DNA of 64,000 nucleotides from Spirochaetia bacterium (GTDB taxonomy: Bacteria > Spirochaetota > Spirochaetia > SP-2023), in NCBI GenBank assembly GCA_965263295.1, contig OZ253665.1:1408001-1472000 (forward strand), written 5' to 3'. The notes below the pieces were generated by a model. It saw only the letters and a program-made list of their open reading frames with translations. It had not been told where the DNA came from and ran no database searches. Below are positions 42,826-52,130 of this stretch, in pieces. Within the stretch, counting starts at the first letter, position 1. Each line of letters opens with the position of its first letter. The translations under genes and the position numbers were made by a program.

Positions 42826-44034
42826 ATGAAACGCCCCGGTGACCTCATGCGCAAGCGCCGAGAAGAACTCGGCCTTAGTCTGCAAGAGCTGGAAAGCAGC
42901 TCCAATATCCCACGCCGCAATCTCGAAGCCCTAGAAGGAGACCAGTACGACTACTTCGCCGCAGAATCCTACTACTATGGCTTTCTGCGCAACTATGCCG
43001 AGAGCCTGAAACTTGATCCGCAAATTCTAATCAATGCTTACCAAAACGTCAAAATTATTGAAAGTCCATTGCCACTGGAGCAACTGACCGGCAATCAACG
43101 AGGCTCACGGCTATCGCCCTTGTTATTATGTTTGTTTTTACTTGTCTTGCTCGCAGCCGCAGGCACTAGCTATTATTTCTGGCGCCACAATTCCAAGTCG
43201 GAGACCAAAGGCAACACAACAGGGACTCAAGCTGCGACCAAACTGCAGACAGAGGGTCAGGTGCCCCAGCAGGTAACACAAAGCAGCGGCAAAATAGTAC
43301 TGATCAATCGTTATCCTTGGATGCAGGATTTGCAAAATGGCTTAATACTGCGCTTAGTGTTGATTCCTGGAGACGATGAATCCTTACAACCTGAGTTGCT
43401 TGTTCAACAGGACGGGCAAGATTTTCAGCTGAAGAGCCTCAACCTGGATCAGGATTACGAATTGACCTTGGCCAGCGGTAAGACAAACAGCTTGCCCCTG
43501 CGTTCAGACAGCGTTACGGCCAAAGATGGAACTTTTATACCTTCCGGTTCTTTCCGCTTGGATTTTACCCGGCAGGACGGGGAGCCTCCTGCCGTATTGA
43601 TCAATTTAAACTCAAATAACAATAGAGAGCAGGACAAGGCTCCAAGTCAATCGGATGGCAGCTTTGGTCAAAAACAAATCAAGGCCAAGTTCCAAGCCTT
43701 TGCAGAGCGTCATCAGTCATCCGTATCCCATGCCATATTGCAAGCCGTGCAGCCGACCCTGTTACAGTTACAACTAAGCTTCCAGCGAGACAGCTATATT
43801 CGATATCAATGGTCTGGGGAAGATGCTCAAGAATTCCCGGTATTGAAGAACAAGGTGCTATTGCTACATGGGGAAGCCCCACTAACTTTATGGCTCAGCA
43901 ATGTCAGTGGCACCAAAATTAAAATCAACGGTCAGGATCTTAAGCCTAAAGCTTTTCAAGATGTGTTTATCGGGCGGCTAGAATGGCAGCGCGAAGCCAG
44001 CCTAGCCAGGCTCTACCTAACTCCCGGACCCTAG
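42826..44034 (+). CDS. rodZ: RodZ-like HTH membrane protein
   Basis: GDLMRKRREELGLS, LEALE, YYYGFLRNYAESLKLD, single TM, C-terminal DUF4115-like WLSN..G.KIKING. Confidence 0.8.
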   Translation: MKRPGDLMRKRREELGLSLQELESSSNIPRRNLEALEGDQYDYFAAESYYYGFLRNYAESLKLDPQILINAYQNVKIIESPLPLEQLTGNQRGSRLSPLLLCLFLLVLLAAAGTSYYFWRHNSKSETKGNTTGTQAATKLQTEGQVPQQVTQSSGKIVLINRYPWMQDLQNGLILRLVLIPGDDESLQPELLVQQDGQDFQLKSLNLDQDYELTLASGKTNSLPLRSDSVTAKDGTFIPSGSFRLDFTRQDGEPPAVLINLNSNNNREQDKAPSQSDGSFGQKQIKAKFQAFAERHQSSVSHAILQAVQPTLLQLQLSFQRDSYIRYQWSGEDAQEFPVLKNKVLLLHGEAPLTLWLSNVSGTKIKINGQDLKPKAFQDVFIGRLEWQREASLARLYLTPGP

Positions 44035-44510
44035 ATTTGTCCGCTCTTATAGTGTCCTCGTCTCGCCCTTGATGCTATCACTTCCCATTGCCCAATTGGC
44101 ATAATTGGCATAATTAAATGCTGCTCGCTCAATTACGGCCCATCGACAACTTGATAACTGAGATAGTTTTATGCATGACAGCACTACAGCGGGCCTCAGC
44201 GTGTTTTTCAACCTGGCAGCATTCGTTACCAGACTGGCCAAGGCGGGATTTGGCCCCTTCGGCCTTGTCACCCCGACGTTGATTATTCCACTCATTGAAC
44301 CGCGTCTGGGCTGTCAATTTTGCGACTGTGTCATTTATAATTGGAGATTTTGGCGTCATATTTATACTACCTGCGAAAAGTTTGCCTGCCGGTATGATTG
44401 CACCTGCTCTGGAGAAAATGAAGGAAAGTCAATAAATTGGAAACAATTCGAAAAATATCGTAACGTGAATGATTTCAAATTATTAAGAAATTTTCAACAG
44501 GAAAATAAAA

Positions 44511-45053
44511 ATGGATGAAAGGAAAGAATTACAAATTAAATCTATGGAATTTTGTCAGGGCAATATTTCAAGAATGGCAAACAATTCTTCAGTATTGAAA
44601 GCGTGGTTTCTGGTTGCCTTTACCGCCCTTTTTACTTTTTTTGCAAAATCAGTTTCTAGTGAAACTTCTTATAATGTCACACTCGCTGATCTGATTTGGA
44701 TTTTGCCGATGCTGGTTTTTCCGTTACTTGATGCTTTTTACCTAAAACAAGAAAGAATGTTCATTGATGTGTACAATGATTTTGAGAAATCAATAAATGG
44801 AACAGACGACCCAAGACAACCCTTTGACTTAAAACCTTCAAAGCGACAAAGAGAGAAATACAATCTCTTAAATGTCGTATTTTCAATGAGTATTGGTTGG
44901 TTTTACTTCCCACTTTTAATTGCATTTCAAGCACTTATAATATTTCATTCTCAGCTCAAGTGCTGGTACTTTTGGATCTTATTTTTCCCTTTCATTGTGG
45001 TAGTTATGACGTGCATATTCAAAAAGAAAACAGACTATCAAAGAGTAAACTAA
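44511..45053 (+). CDS. Multi-TM membrane protein of the 'I.RM..NS..LK.W / LDA.YL.QER' family
   Basis: QGNISRMANNSSVLKAW, LDAFYLKQERMF motifs; about 4 hydrophobic helices; AT-rich. Confidence 0.8.
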   Translation: MDERKELQIKSMEFCQGNISRMANNSSVLKAWFLVAFTALFTFFAKSVSSETSYNVTLADLIWILPMLVFPLLDAFYLKQERMFIDVYNDFEKSINGTDDPRQPFDLKPSKRQREKYNLLNVVFSMSIGWFYFPLLIAFQALIIFHSQLKCWYFWILFFPFIVVVMTCIFKKKTDYQRVN

Positions 45054-45184
45054 GGGATTTAGACTCATATTGTGACGTTTTGAGAACTTGATGTAATGTT
45101 CAAAGCATTCATAAAATTTGCTTAAATTTAGGAGTAAATATGACAAGACAAATTTTTTACAGCTTTCATTGTTTCCCTGCATAC

Positions 45185-45396
45185 ATTTCGTGCCTTTCGT
45201 GGTTCCCTTCCATAGTCCCTGGCCCAGTAACCACGAAAAACACAAAAAAAATACGAAACAACACGAAAAATTCTAAAACACCGCGCCTGCTTCCTGGACG
45301 CCCTTCTCAGCTCCCGTTCTCCATCCGTCCCCTTTTTTCCTGCCTCCCTGCCACCTGCAGCTCCCCAGCCTAAATTTCGTGTCCTTTCGTGGTTCC
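45185..45396. repeat. REP/MITE-like repeats built from CACGAAA units
   Basis: ATTTCGTG(T)CCTTTCGTGGTTCC at 45185-45206 and 45374-45396; inverted AACCACGAAAAACAC...ACACGAAAAA at 45229-45270. Confidence 0.7.
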
Positions 45397-45458
45397 ACCG
45401 CAAAGATGTATTGCTATACGATATTGATACGGCTAAGATAGGGGTATATGGAGTATAC

Positions 45459-46203
45459 ATGGATACCTTGGATGAAGTGAGGGAAATCCTCAAAAAGATT
45501 TGGCATTTCGCAGGCTAAAACTGATGAACAGCTGGCCAAGCTCCAAAGATCGCAGGCTAGAACCGATGAACAGCTTGCACGAACCGACCAGCAGCTTGCA
45601 CAGAACAGTAAAGACATTGCCAATTTACTTAGGTCGCAGGAAAAGACCGATGCGCAGCTGCTTGAATTGCACAGGTCTCAGGCTAAAACCGATGCACAGC
45701 TAGTTAAAACCGATGCACAGCTAGTTAAAACCGATGCACAGCTAGCGAAAACCGATGCGCGGCTGAACACAGTGGCCCAGCTATTAGGCAATATTGGCAT
45801 CAGTAACGGTGATTTTGCCGAAGAACTGTTTTTCAACAGTCTCTACGCAAACCCGTTTCTCGGTGGACTGCGCTATGACAGTGTGAAGCGCAATGTGTCC
45901 AACCGCCGTAGGCATCGAGATGAAGGCGAATACGACATCGTGATGTACAATGGCGATACGGTGGCGCTTATTGAGGTCAAGTACAAGGCGCACAGCAATG
46001 ACATTGCTAAGCTGCTCAAAAACGAGCCACAGAACTTTCGTAAGACTTTCACCGAATACAAAGACTACAAATTTTATCTGGGGCTAGCGTCCACGGTGAC
46101 TTACGATAATTTGATTACAGAGGCACGGGAAGCGGGCATTTTTCTCTTGACCCAGAGAGGCCAGCACATTGAAGTTGTGAATGAGGAAGTGCACAGCTTC
46201 TGA
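45459..46203 (+). pseudogene. Coiled-coil + PD-(D/E)XK nuclease-like protein (DUF3782-like), frameshifted near the 5' end
   Basis: GGAG RBS + ATG 45459 (MDTLDEVREILK) is one base out of frame with the long ORF (ISQAKTDEQL...G.FAEELF...EYDIV...LIEVK) around the A5 run at 45492-45496. Confidence 0.7.
45684..45765 (+). repeat. 21-bp coding tandem repeat (KTDAQLV heptad), about 4 copies
   Basis: TAAAACCGATGCACAGCTAG(T/C) x3 plus one degenerate copy. Confidence 0.9.
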
Positions 46204-46223
46204 GCCGATATAATGAAAATATT

Positions 46224-47252
46224 TTAAACTTGATCGTGCGTCACCAGTTGCAAGGCTACCTGCCTTGGATGGGCCTGGTTCTCCTGACTGCGGCTGCTGG
46301 GCTGTTCGCGCAGGACTCTGTACTGATTGTAGACACGATAGCGCAGTACAATTGGGGTGCCTGACGATGGCGGGTTGGCGGGCCACCAGAGTTTGCCGCC
46401 GCGCAGCAGGACAGGGAGGGTGTCGTGGCCTTCCAGGTACTCAATTCCCGCCGCCCAGCGTGTGGGCAGCTCAAGGGTGTCACCGCCGACAATGAATTTG
46501 TGTTCCTCAATGTGGGTGGCGGCAAGCAGGATTACAATATCCCCCTGAGCAATCGGCAGCCAGTCGGGAAAACTCATTCCCGCTTCTCCTTCCTGATCTA
46601 GAACCCAGGGCATATGTTTATGCAGGTTCTGAGAAAGGATGGACAGTTTTACCGGAGGATAATAGTCAAAGTTCAGAAAGTAGGTGTGGCCCGGCAATAC
46701 ACCGATGGCGTGGAGCAGGTTCGCGCCAATGCCCTGGGTTGTTATGGCTGTGCCCTGGCTGTCCGTCAGATTGATATTACGGAAACCACCCAATACCGCT
46801 GAATGGCTCTTGAGGTCGTCTGGCAGTTTCAGTTTGTCGGCCTCAAGGGCGGTAATGGATATGGCATATGAGTGCTGTAGTTTGGTACGCGCCTGGACTA
46901 TCAGGCTGCGTTCGCGGCTGGATAGACTGACGATGGAATCGCAGTGAGCGCTGATCTGTCCCCGCTGCACGGCATACAGAGGCTGTTCGCTCCGATAGAT
47001 GCCGGGAGCCAGCTGGCGCAAGGTTACTGGCTGCCAGGACGAATATTTTGCCCAGTCATGTTCGCGTCCGTCCTGCCGCATCCCTCTGATAGATTGCCCC
47101 AGCGTGTCATGGGCCGCCGCCGCAAGAACAGGCATGGAGCGCAACCATAGGCAATCCTGCCCCATGCGTTGTAAAAAGGCATTGAAGTCGCTGGCATACA
47201 GCGGTTTATTCGCGACTACATTATTGCCGATGTCAAAAATCTGTTGGGCCAT
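46224..47252 (-). CDS. Hypothetical protein, possibly a myophage neck/head-completion structural protein
   Basis: 342-aa ORF with AAGGA RBS; DFNAFLQRMGQ..LW N-terminus and LWW...P..G..IVLRY...Y.V...P..R C-terminus recall virion proteins of large myophages. Confidence 0.5.
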   Translation of the reverse strand: MAQQIFDIGNNVVANKPLYASDFNAFLQRMGQDCLWLRSMPVLAAAAHDTLGQSIRGMRQDGREHDWAKYSSWQPVTLRQLAPGIYRSEQPLYAVQRGQISAHCDSIVSLSSRERSLIVQARTKLQHSYAISITALEADKLKLPDDLKSHSAVLGGFRNINLTDSQGTAITTQGIGANLLHAIGVLPGHTYFLNFDYYPPVKLSILSQNLHKHMPWVLDQEGEAGMSFPDWLPIAQGDIVILLAATHIEEHKFIVGGDTLELPTRWAAGIEYLEGHDTLPVLLRGGKLWWPANPPSSGTPIVLRYRVYNQYRVLREQPSSRSQENQAHPRQVALQLVTHDQV

Positions 47253-47667
47253 GTTTACGATCCTTTTGCTTGACAGACTGATTTGGCAGTGATACCGTTA
47301 AAGTGAAAAACTGTGAAGAAGAGGGGGCCTGCTATAGGCAGGCGGCCAAAGCGTTTGCTGATGACACCCTTGTGCACTGCGGTTTTTCTAAGGAGGTTGT
47401 GTATAGCGGGATCCGTCATTGGTATTTTTCCGATCACGTCCTAGTGCGCTGCAGCCTCTTTTTACCAATTGTTGTAGAGCCATAGATCAGGGCCATCTTG
47501 GTAGATAATGATGGCAAAGCTGACTATTAGCCTTCCTTGATAAGTAAGGTTTCTGGATGTATCATTCAATTAGAGACTGGGGAAAGGAGAATCCATCAGT
47601 ATTTTTGTGCTGTTAGTAGCCTCTGTAGCTCCAGTCTTGTTTTGTATTACCAGGTGGCTGCGGTCTT

Positions 47668-48087
47668 TCAGACGCCGGCCTCTTCGTCAATCAGATAGTA
47701 AGCAACAGGCTCGCCATTCGTGGGGTCAAGGGTATAGCAGTTGTGCGAATCCATTTGCAGATTGTTGTAGTGTGAATAAACCAGGGCAATGGCGATATTG
47801 TCTGGGGTGTTGCCGGTCTCCGTGCGCGCGGCAATCACCTGATCTTCTGCCCTGATATGTTTCCACCAGCCCTTAACTTCATATTCCAGTAGGGCGGCCT
47901 TCAGATTCCACCAGTAGACTCCGTAGAGCAGGTATTGCACGGGGTCTCGGTTCAGGGTGCCGCCGATTAGCCCGGCGGCCTTGGCTGCCCATTCCGTGCT
48001 GAGGGCCTTTGCCCCATCATGATACCTGGCCAGGTAGGTCTTTTTGATTTGCCGCCATTCTTCCTTGCTAAATTGCGTTTTATCCAT
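47668..48087 (-). CDS. Hypothetical protein (phage-like orphan)
   Basis: 139-aa ORF with GAGG RBS and protein-like composition (YLLYGVYWWNLKAAL). Confidence 0.6.
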   Translation of the reverse strand: MDKTQFSKEEWRQIKKTYLARYHDGAKALSTEWAAKAAGLIGGTLNRDPVQYLLYGVYWWNLKAALLEYEVKGWWKHIRAEDQVIAARTETGNTPDNIAIALVYSHYNNLQMDSHNCYTLDPTNGEPVAYYLIDEEAGV

Positions 48088-48752
48088 AGCCTTGTTTCCT
48101 CTTGCCGCAGGGACTTCTCTAATTCCTGAGTCTCGCCATTCCGCATTTCATCGTGTACCGCTGGGCCGCTGTAGCCATACATATCCTGCACGAAATCGAC
48201 ATTATAGTCACTGCCGCCTCGAATGACCGTCCGGACCTCTTTATTTCGTTCCGCACGCCTGGCTCTGTCAGGGACGTTGGGAGGGCTTTAATGGCAGCGG
48301 AGGCTTCCCGCCGATGGATTTTAGGGTTTCGCTTGACAAGTCGGGGTTGTGCGAATAGTCTTTGTGTTGAGGCTGGCGAATATAGGGGAACGGAGTTTTT
48401 CTTGAAATACTCCTAGATACCTGGTGGCCGGCCTCTTTCTTTATGGGTTTCAGCGTCTTAATGCAGGTCTTGGTGCCTTTGTCAGCGGGTTGTCAGGCGG
48501 TGTTTTATTTGATGTTTCCTGTGATCATTGGCACATCCCCTCTTCCTTCTGGATTATTCTAGGCCTGCAAAGTCTGATTATGACTGTGATCTGCCTTTTA
48601 ACCATCCCTCGCAAGAATCGCTCTGGCCGATAGCTGGTCAGGTTTGCTTTGGACCAGCGCATGCTGCGGAGCTTGTGGTCAATAGACCAGTCGCTAGACT
48701 ACACGCGCAAACGCGATCATAATATAAAATACAGATAACTGGAACCGTGATT

Positions 48753-49424
48753 ATGAACGACAACACAAGTTGGCTGACCGCCATCCTGGCCGCGGACCGC
48801 GACTTCCTGATTGGCTTTAATACCGAAGAAAAACGCCCCGAATCTGCCCAGACTTCCTTTCGCATGCCCTGGCCCCACGGCAGCATGCAGGACGACATGG
48901 CCTTTTTTCGCAACACCACAGCCCGCAGCCCGGTAGTCATGGGCCGCAAAACTTTGGAGAGCATTGGGCGCCTGTTGCCGGGCCGCCTGAACTTGGTCTT
49001 TAGCCGCCACGACTCATTGCAACTGGGGGCACAAAAAATACCAACCTTGAACCAGATCAGCCCGGCCCAGCTACAGGCGAGCCCAGGCGCGACGCGGGCC
49101 GGCCTGCTGCAAAGTTGGGAACAACTGGAACAACTACGCCCCACCCTCGCAGGCTTCACCCGTCCTACTTTTCTGATTGGAGGTTCCAACCTCCTGGCCC
49201 AGGCCGGCAAACGCGGCGGCATCAGAAACTTCTACTTGACTTGCATTGATGCCCGACTCAGTGGCAGCGCTCAATTTGCCGAAAGCCCCGTCTACTTGCC
49301 GCAAGCACTTTGCCAGCAGTTGCGCAGCGCCCTGGCGGCAAGTGAGCCCATTCAAAAACTGCAGGTCGGAGCGCGCAACCGCTACGCCGCCAGCATATAC
49401 CACCTAGACCTGCGCTCAAATTGA
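48753..49424 (+). CDS. folA: Dihydrofolate reductase (divergent, with insertions)
   Basis: AADRDFLIG, MPW, DMAFFRNTT, VVMGRKTLESI, LPGRLNLVFSR, FLIGG. Confidence 0.88.
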   Translation: MNDNTSWLTAILAADRDFLIGFNTEEKRPESAQTSFRMPWPHGSMQDDMAFFRNTTARSPVVMGRKTLESIGRLLPGRLNLVFSRHDSLQLGAQKIPTLNQISPAQLQASPGATRAGLLQSWEQLEQLRPTLAGFTRPTFLIGGSNLLAQAGKRGGIRNFYLTCIDARLSGSAQFAESPVYLPQALCQQLRSALAASEPIQKLQVGARNRYAASIYHLDLRSN

Positions 49425-49550
49425 TTCAGACCCAAAGCTTTCAAGGCCACAAAGGCCAACTGTTCGTGCTTGACCTCAAGCAGGCCGCGGCCGAAAGAGT
49501 ATCCTGAGAAGCTATCGACAAAATTTGCACAACAAACAGTGAGAACGAGG

Positions 49551-50702
49551 ATGAAGACCCGCCCCTACATTGGTATATCCATGCGGCTGAGCCGCCACCG
49601 CACTTTTAAAAACACTTTTATTCATGGGATTCCCCAGGATTACGTCAACGCGGTCGCGGCGGCGGGCGCCATCCCGGTACTCCTACCCGTACTAGAACGA
49701 GGCCCCCTACTTCAAGAAATGTTGGCAATGGTCGACGGCATTATTATTAGCGGTAGCGACTGCTATATTAGCCCCAGTCTCTGGGGAGAAGAACCCGACC
49801 CCAGAGCCCTGCAACTCTGTCCCCAGAGCCGTATTGAAACAGATTTTGACCTGTCCTTGCTGCGCCACAGCTGGAGCAAGGGCCTGCCGCTACTAGGCAT
49901 TTGCCAAGGACATGAACTGATTAATATCGCCCTGGGGGGGAGCCTGAAGGGCAGTGTCATGGCCGGAGAATGGCTGCAGCGAGCCTCCGCCGCAAAACCA
50001 AAGCCTAGCTCTACTCTAGAACCTGGCTCAAGTTCAGCTCGCCGCAGCTTTATACTTCACGATTTACGCTCGCCACGGCAAAAACAAGGCAAAGAGCGGC
50101 AAGCCCCACAGCAAGAAATGCATGCCAAGTCACTCAAGGGGCAACGCCTGGCCCACTGGATTTCCGTACAAAGCCATAGCCTGCTCGCTGAAATATTACT
50201 GCAGGGCTGTCCATTGACAAACACAACACGGACAAGCACAACACGAACAAGCACAACACGCCAAATCTCAAGCCGCCCGTGTGGTAAGACCGCGACGCCA
50301 GCTCCACAGTCTTCAGCTCTTAGCGACATGGCAAACGGCTGCGACTTACGGCTACAGGTCAACTCGTTCCACGGCCTGGCTATTGATCGTCTCGGTGACG
50401 GTCTGAGCGTCAGTGCCCTAGCGGATGACGGCACGATTGAAGCCATAGAGTGGCGTGCCGACCTGTGCCAGCGCTACCCATTTTTAATGGGAGTACAGTG
50501 GCACCCGGAGATGTTGGTCTGTGGCCGCGAACAAGCTCCCAGCCTGGAAAGCCGGGATATTCCCATGCGGAGTATTTTCACCCGCTTAGTCCAGGAAGCC
50601 GAAATTTTCCGTTGCAGCAGCGAAAGCCAACGCCGAAAAATATGCTTTCACGCCGCAGAGTCGGAAATCCATTTCTTGCCTCACTGGCGTCGCCCAGTCT
50701 GA
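49551..50702 (+). CDS. Peptidase C26 / gamma-glutamyl-gamma-aminobutyrate hydrolase family (class I glutamine amidotransferase fold)
   Basis: YVNAVAAAGAIPVLLP, LLGICQG (Cys), VNSFH, DGTIEAIE, GVQWHPE (His-Glu). Confidence 0.88.
   Translation: MKTRPYIGISMRLSRHRTFKNTFIHGIPQDYVNAVAAAGAIPVLLPVLERGPLLQEMLAMVDGIIISGSDCYISPSLWGEEPDPRALQLCPQSRIETDFDLSLLRHSWSKGLPLLGICQGHELINIALGGSLKGSVMAGEWLQRASAAKPKPSSTLEPGSSSARRSFILHDLRSPRQKQGKERQAPQQEMHAKSLKGQRLAHWISVQSHSLLAEILLQGCPLTNTTRTSTTRTSTTRQISSRPCGKTATPAPQSSALSDMANGCDLRLQVNSFHGLAIDRLGDGLSVSALADDGTIEAIEWRADLCQRYPFLMGVQWHPEMLVCGREQAPSLESRDIPMRSIFTRLVQEAEIFRCSSESQRRKICFHAAESEIHFLPHWRRPV
50222..50260 (+). repeat. 15-bp coding tandem repeat (TTRTS)
   Basis: CACAACACG(G/A)ACAAG x2.6 inside an insertion of the C26 gene. 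Confidence 0.8.
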
Positions 50703-50869
50703 CGGCCAAGCTGGCCTGTTTTAGGGGGAAACAGCAGCTTTGCCATTGCCTTAAGCCAAGTTAATTGTTAATTTATTCGGCAGCTTAACGAATACTTTGG
50801 CGACAGCTCAAATAATTTTAGTGAGTTGTACTCAACTCACAATAAGTTCACATCCGGGCGGGGTCAATC

Positions 50870-52063
50870 TTGAAACCAAAGATGCAGCGGCAAAATATTA
50901 AAGTTTACAAGCTGATGCGCAGCTTTCAGCGCTCCCATTTTTTTCTGCCATTGCTTATTTTCATTCCCAGTTATTGCATATTTGCCATTGCCATATACTT
51001 TTTGGAACGTCCGAATAACAACTTCCTGACTCTAATGGACAGCTTCTGGTGGGCCATTGTCACGGCTTCGACCCTGGGCTACGGAGACATCGTACCCTAT
51101 ACTACAGGAGGCCGTATCATTGGCGTCACGATGACGCTAGTGGGTCTGGCCGCCACCTCGTTATTTTCAGCGGCGCTGGCATCCTTGTTCGTACAACGCA
51201 ACTCTCGCCGGAGGAGAGGCCTAATGGATTTCCCCAAGTTAAAAGACCACCTGGTAATTTGCGGTTGGAAACCACAAATTGCCTCTTTGCTTAAAGGTAT
51301 TCTGGAAAACAACGTCGACCTGGTCGACGAAGACATTGTTCTAATTTCCAATATTGAAGGACAAACGTTTGAAGGTCTCATCGAAGATGAAAAACTTAAA
51401 GGTTTGAAGTTCATTCGCGGCGATTATTTCTCTGAAATATATCTGGAACGCGCCAAAGTCAAGCGAGCCCGCAAAGTTATCGTCCTGGCCGATGCCTACG
51501 ACAGCAAGACACCCGCTGAGGCCGATGCCAAAACCGTCCTCACTGTTCTAAAGATCAAAGGTATTGCTCGCAATATCTATACTTGTGCCGAATTGCTTGA
51601 TCCTAAATACGAAGATTATCTACACCGCTCCTTCTGTGACGAAATCATTTTGGTTCGCGATGCCAGCCGTCAACTGCTGGTAGCCTCTACCAAGATGGCT
51701 GGCATGTCCCACGTCATTCAAGAACTCCTGTTCTTACACGAGAACGGCGACAGAAATAGCAAGGTACACATCAACGCCGCCCCGGTTCCCCGGCAGCTCG
51801 AAGGTAAGGAGTACCGCGAGTTAAAAGATTTATACAAAAGTGATAAATCCATTCTCCTGGGCTTGATTGAAAACAGTGGCACGGCCCAAGATATTCAGAG
51901 AGCACTGATCCGCAAGGCCGAGAAAGAACATAATGTACACAATATAATGGAATATATACAGGAGGCGAAAAGTATTGAACTCAACAGACCTCTTTTTATG
52001 CCAGAGGAACATTACATTATCAAGCCTTTCAGCAAGCTAATTGTTCTGGAACACTACAGATAA
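50870..52063 (+). CDS. Potassium channel, 2TM pore + RCK (TrkA_N) domain
   Basis: SFWWAIVTASTLGYGDIVP selectivity filter, HLVICGW, FIRGD, DAKTVLT, AEL. Confidence 0.92.
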   Translation: MKPKMQRQNIKVYKLMRSFQRSHFFLPLLIFIPSYCIFAIAIYFLERPNNNFLTLMDSFWWAIVTASTLGYGDIVPYTTGGRIIGVTMTLVGLAATSLFSAALASLFVQRNSRRRRGLMDFPKLKDHLVICGWKPQIASLLKGILENNVDLVDEDIVLISNIEGQTFEGLIEDEKLKGLKFIRGDYFSEIYLERAKVKRARKVIVLADAYDSKTPAEADAKTVLTVLKIKGIARNIYTCAELLDPKYEDYLHRSFCDEIILVRDASRQLLVASTKMAGMSHVIQELLFLHENGDRNSKVHINAAPVPRQLEGKEYRELKDLYKSDKSILLGLIENSGTAQDIQRALIRKAEKEHNVHNIMEYIQEAKSIELNRPLFMPEEHYIIKPFSKLIVLEHYR

Positions 52064-52130
52064 AATAATTCTGACGGATTCGTGCAATATACATGTGAAA
52101 ACGGTACCGCAAAACAGGGGAAATCTAGGT

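Larger units (their letters stand above)
44047..48640. mobile_element. Accessory island / decayed prophage-like remnant (boundaries approximate)
   Basis: Break in housekeeping genes, mixed base composition, gene fragments, a phage-like ORF, a frameshifted gene and dispersed repeats. No integrase or att site seen. Confidence 0.5.

Noticed and set aside
45185..45765. CRISPR array
   Set aside because: Only two direct copies about 190 bp apart, plus spacerless coding tandem repeats; no cas genes
47255..48640. Stop-codon reassignment in the phage-like block
   Set aside because: Interruptions include TAA, TAG, TGA and apparent frameshifts, consistent with decay rather than recoding
44035..48740. 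att-site direct repeats or IS ends flanking the island
   Set aside because: None found by eye; no integrase or transposase ORF in the window
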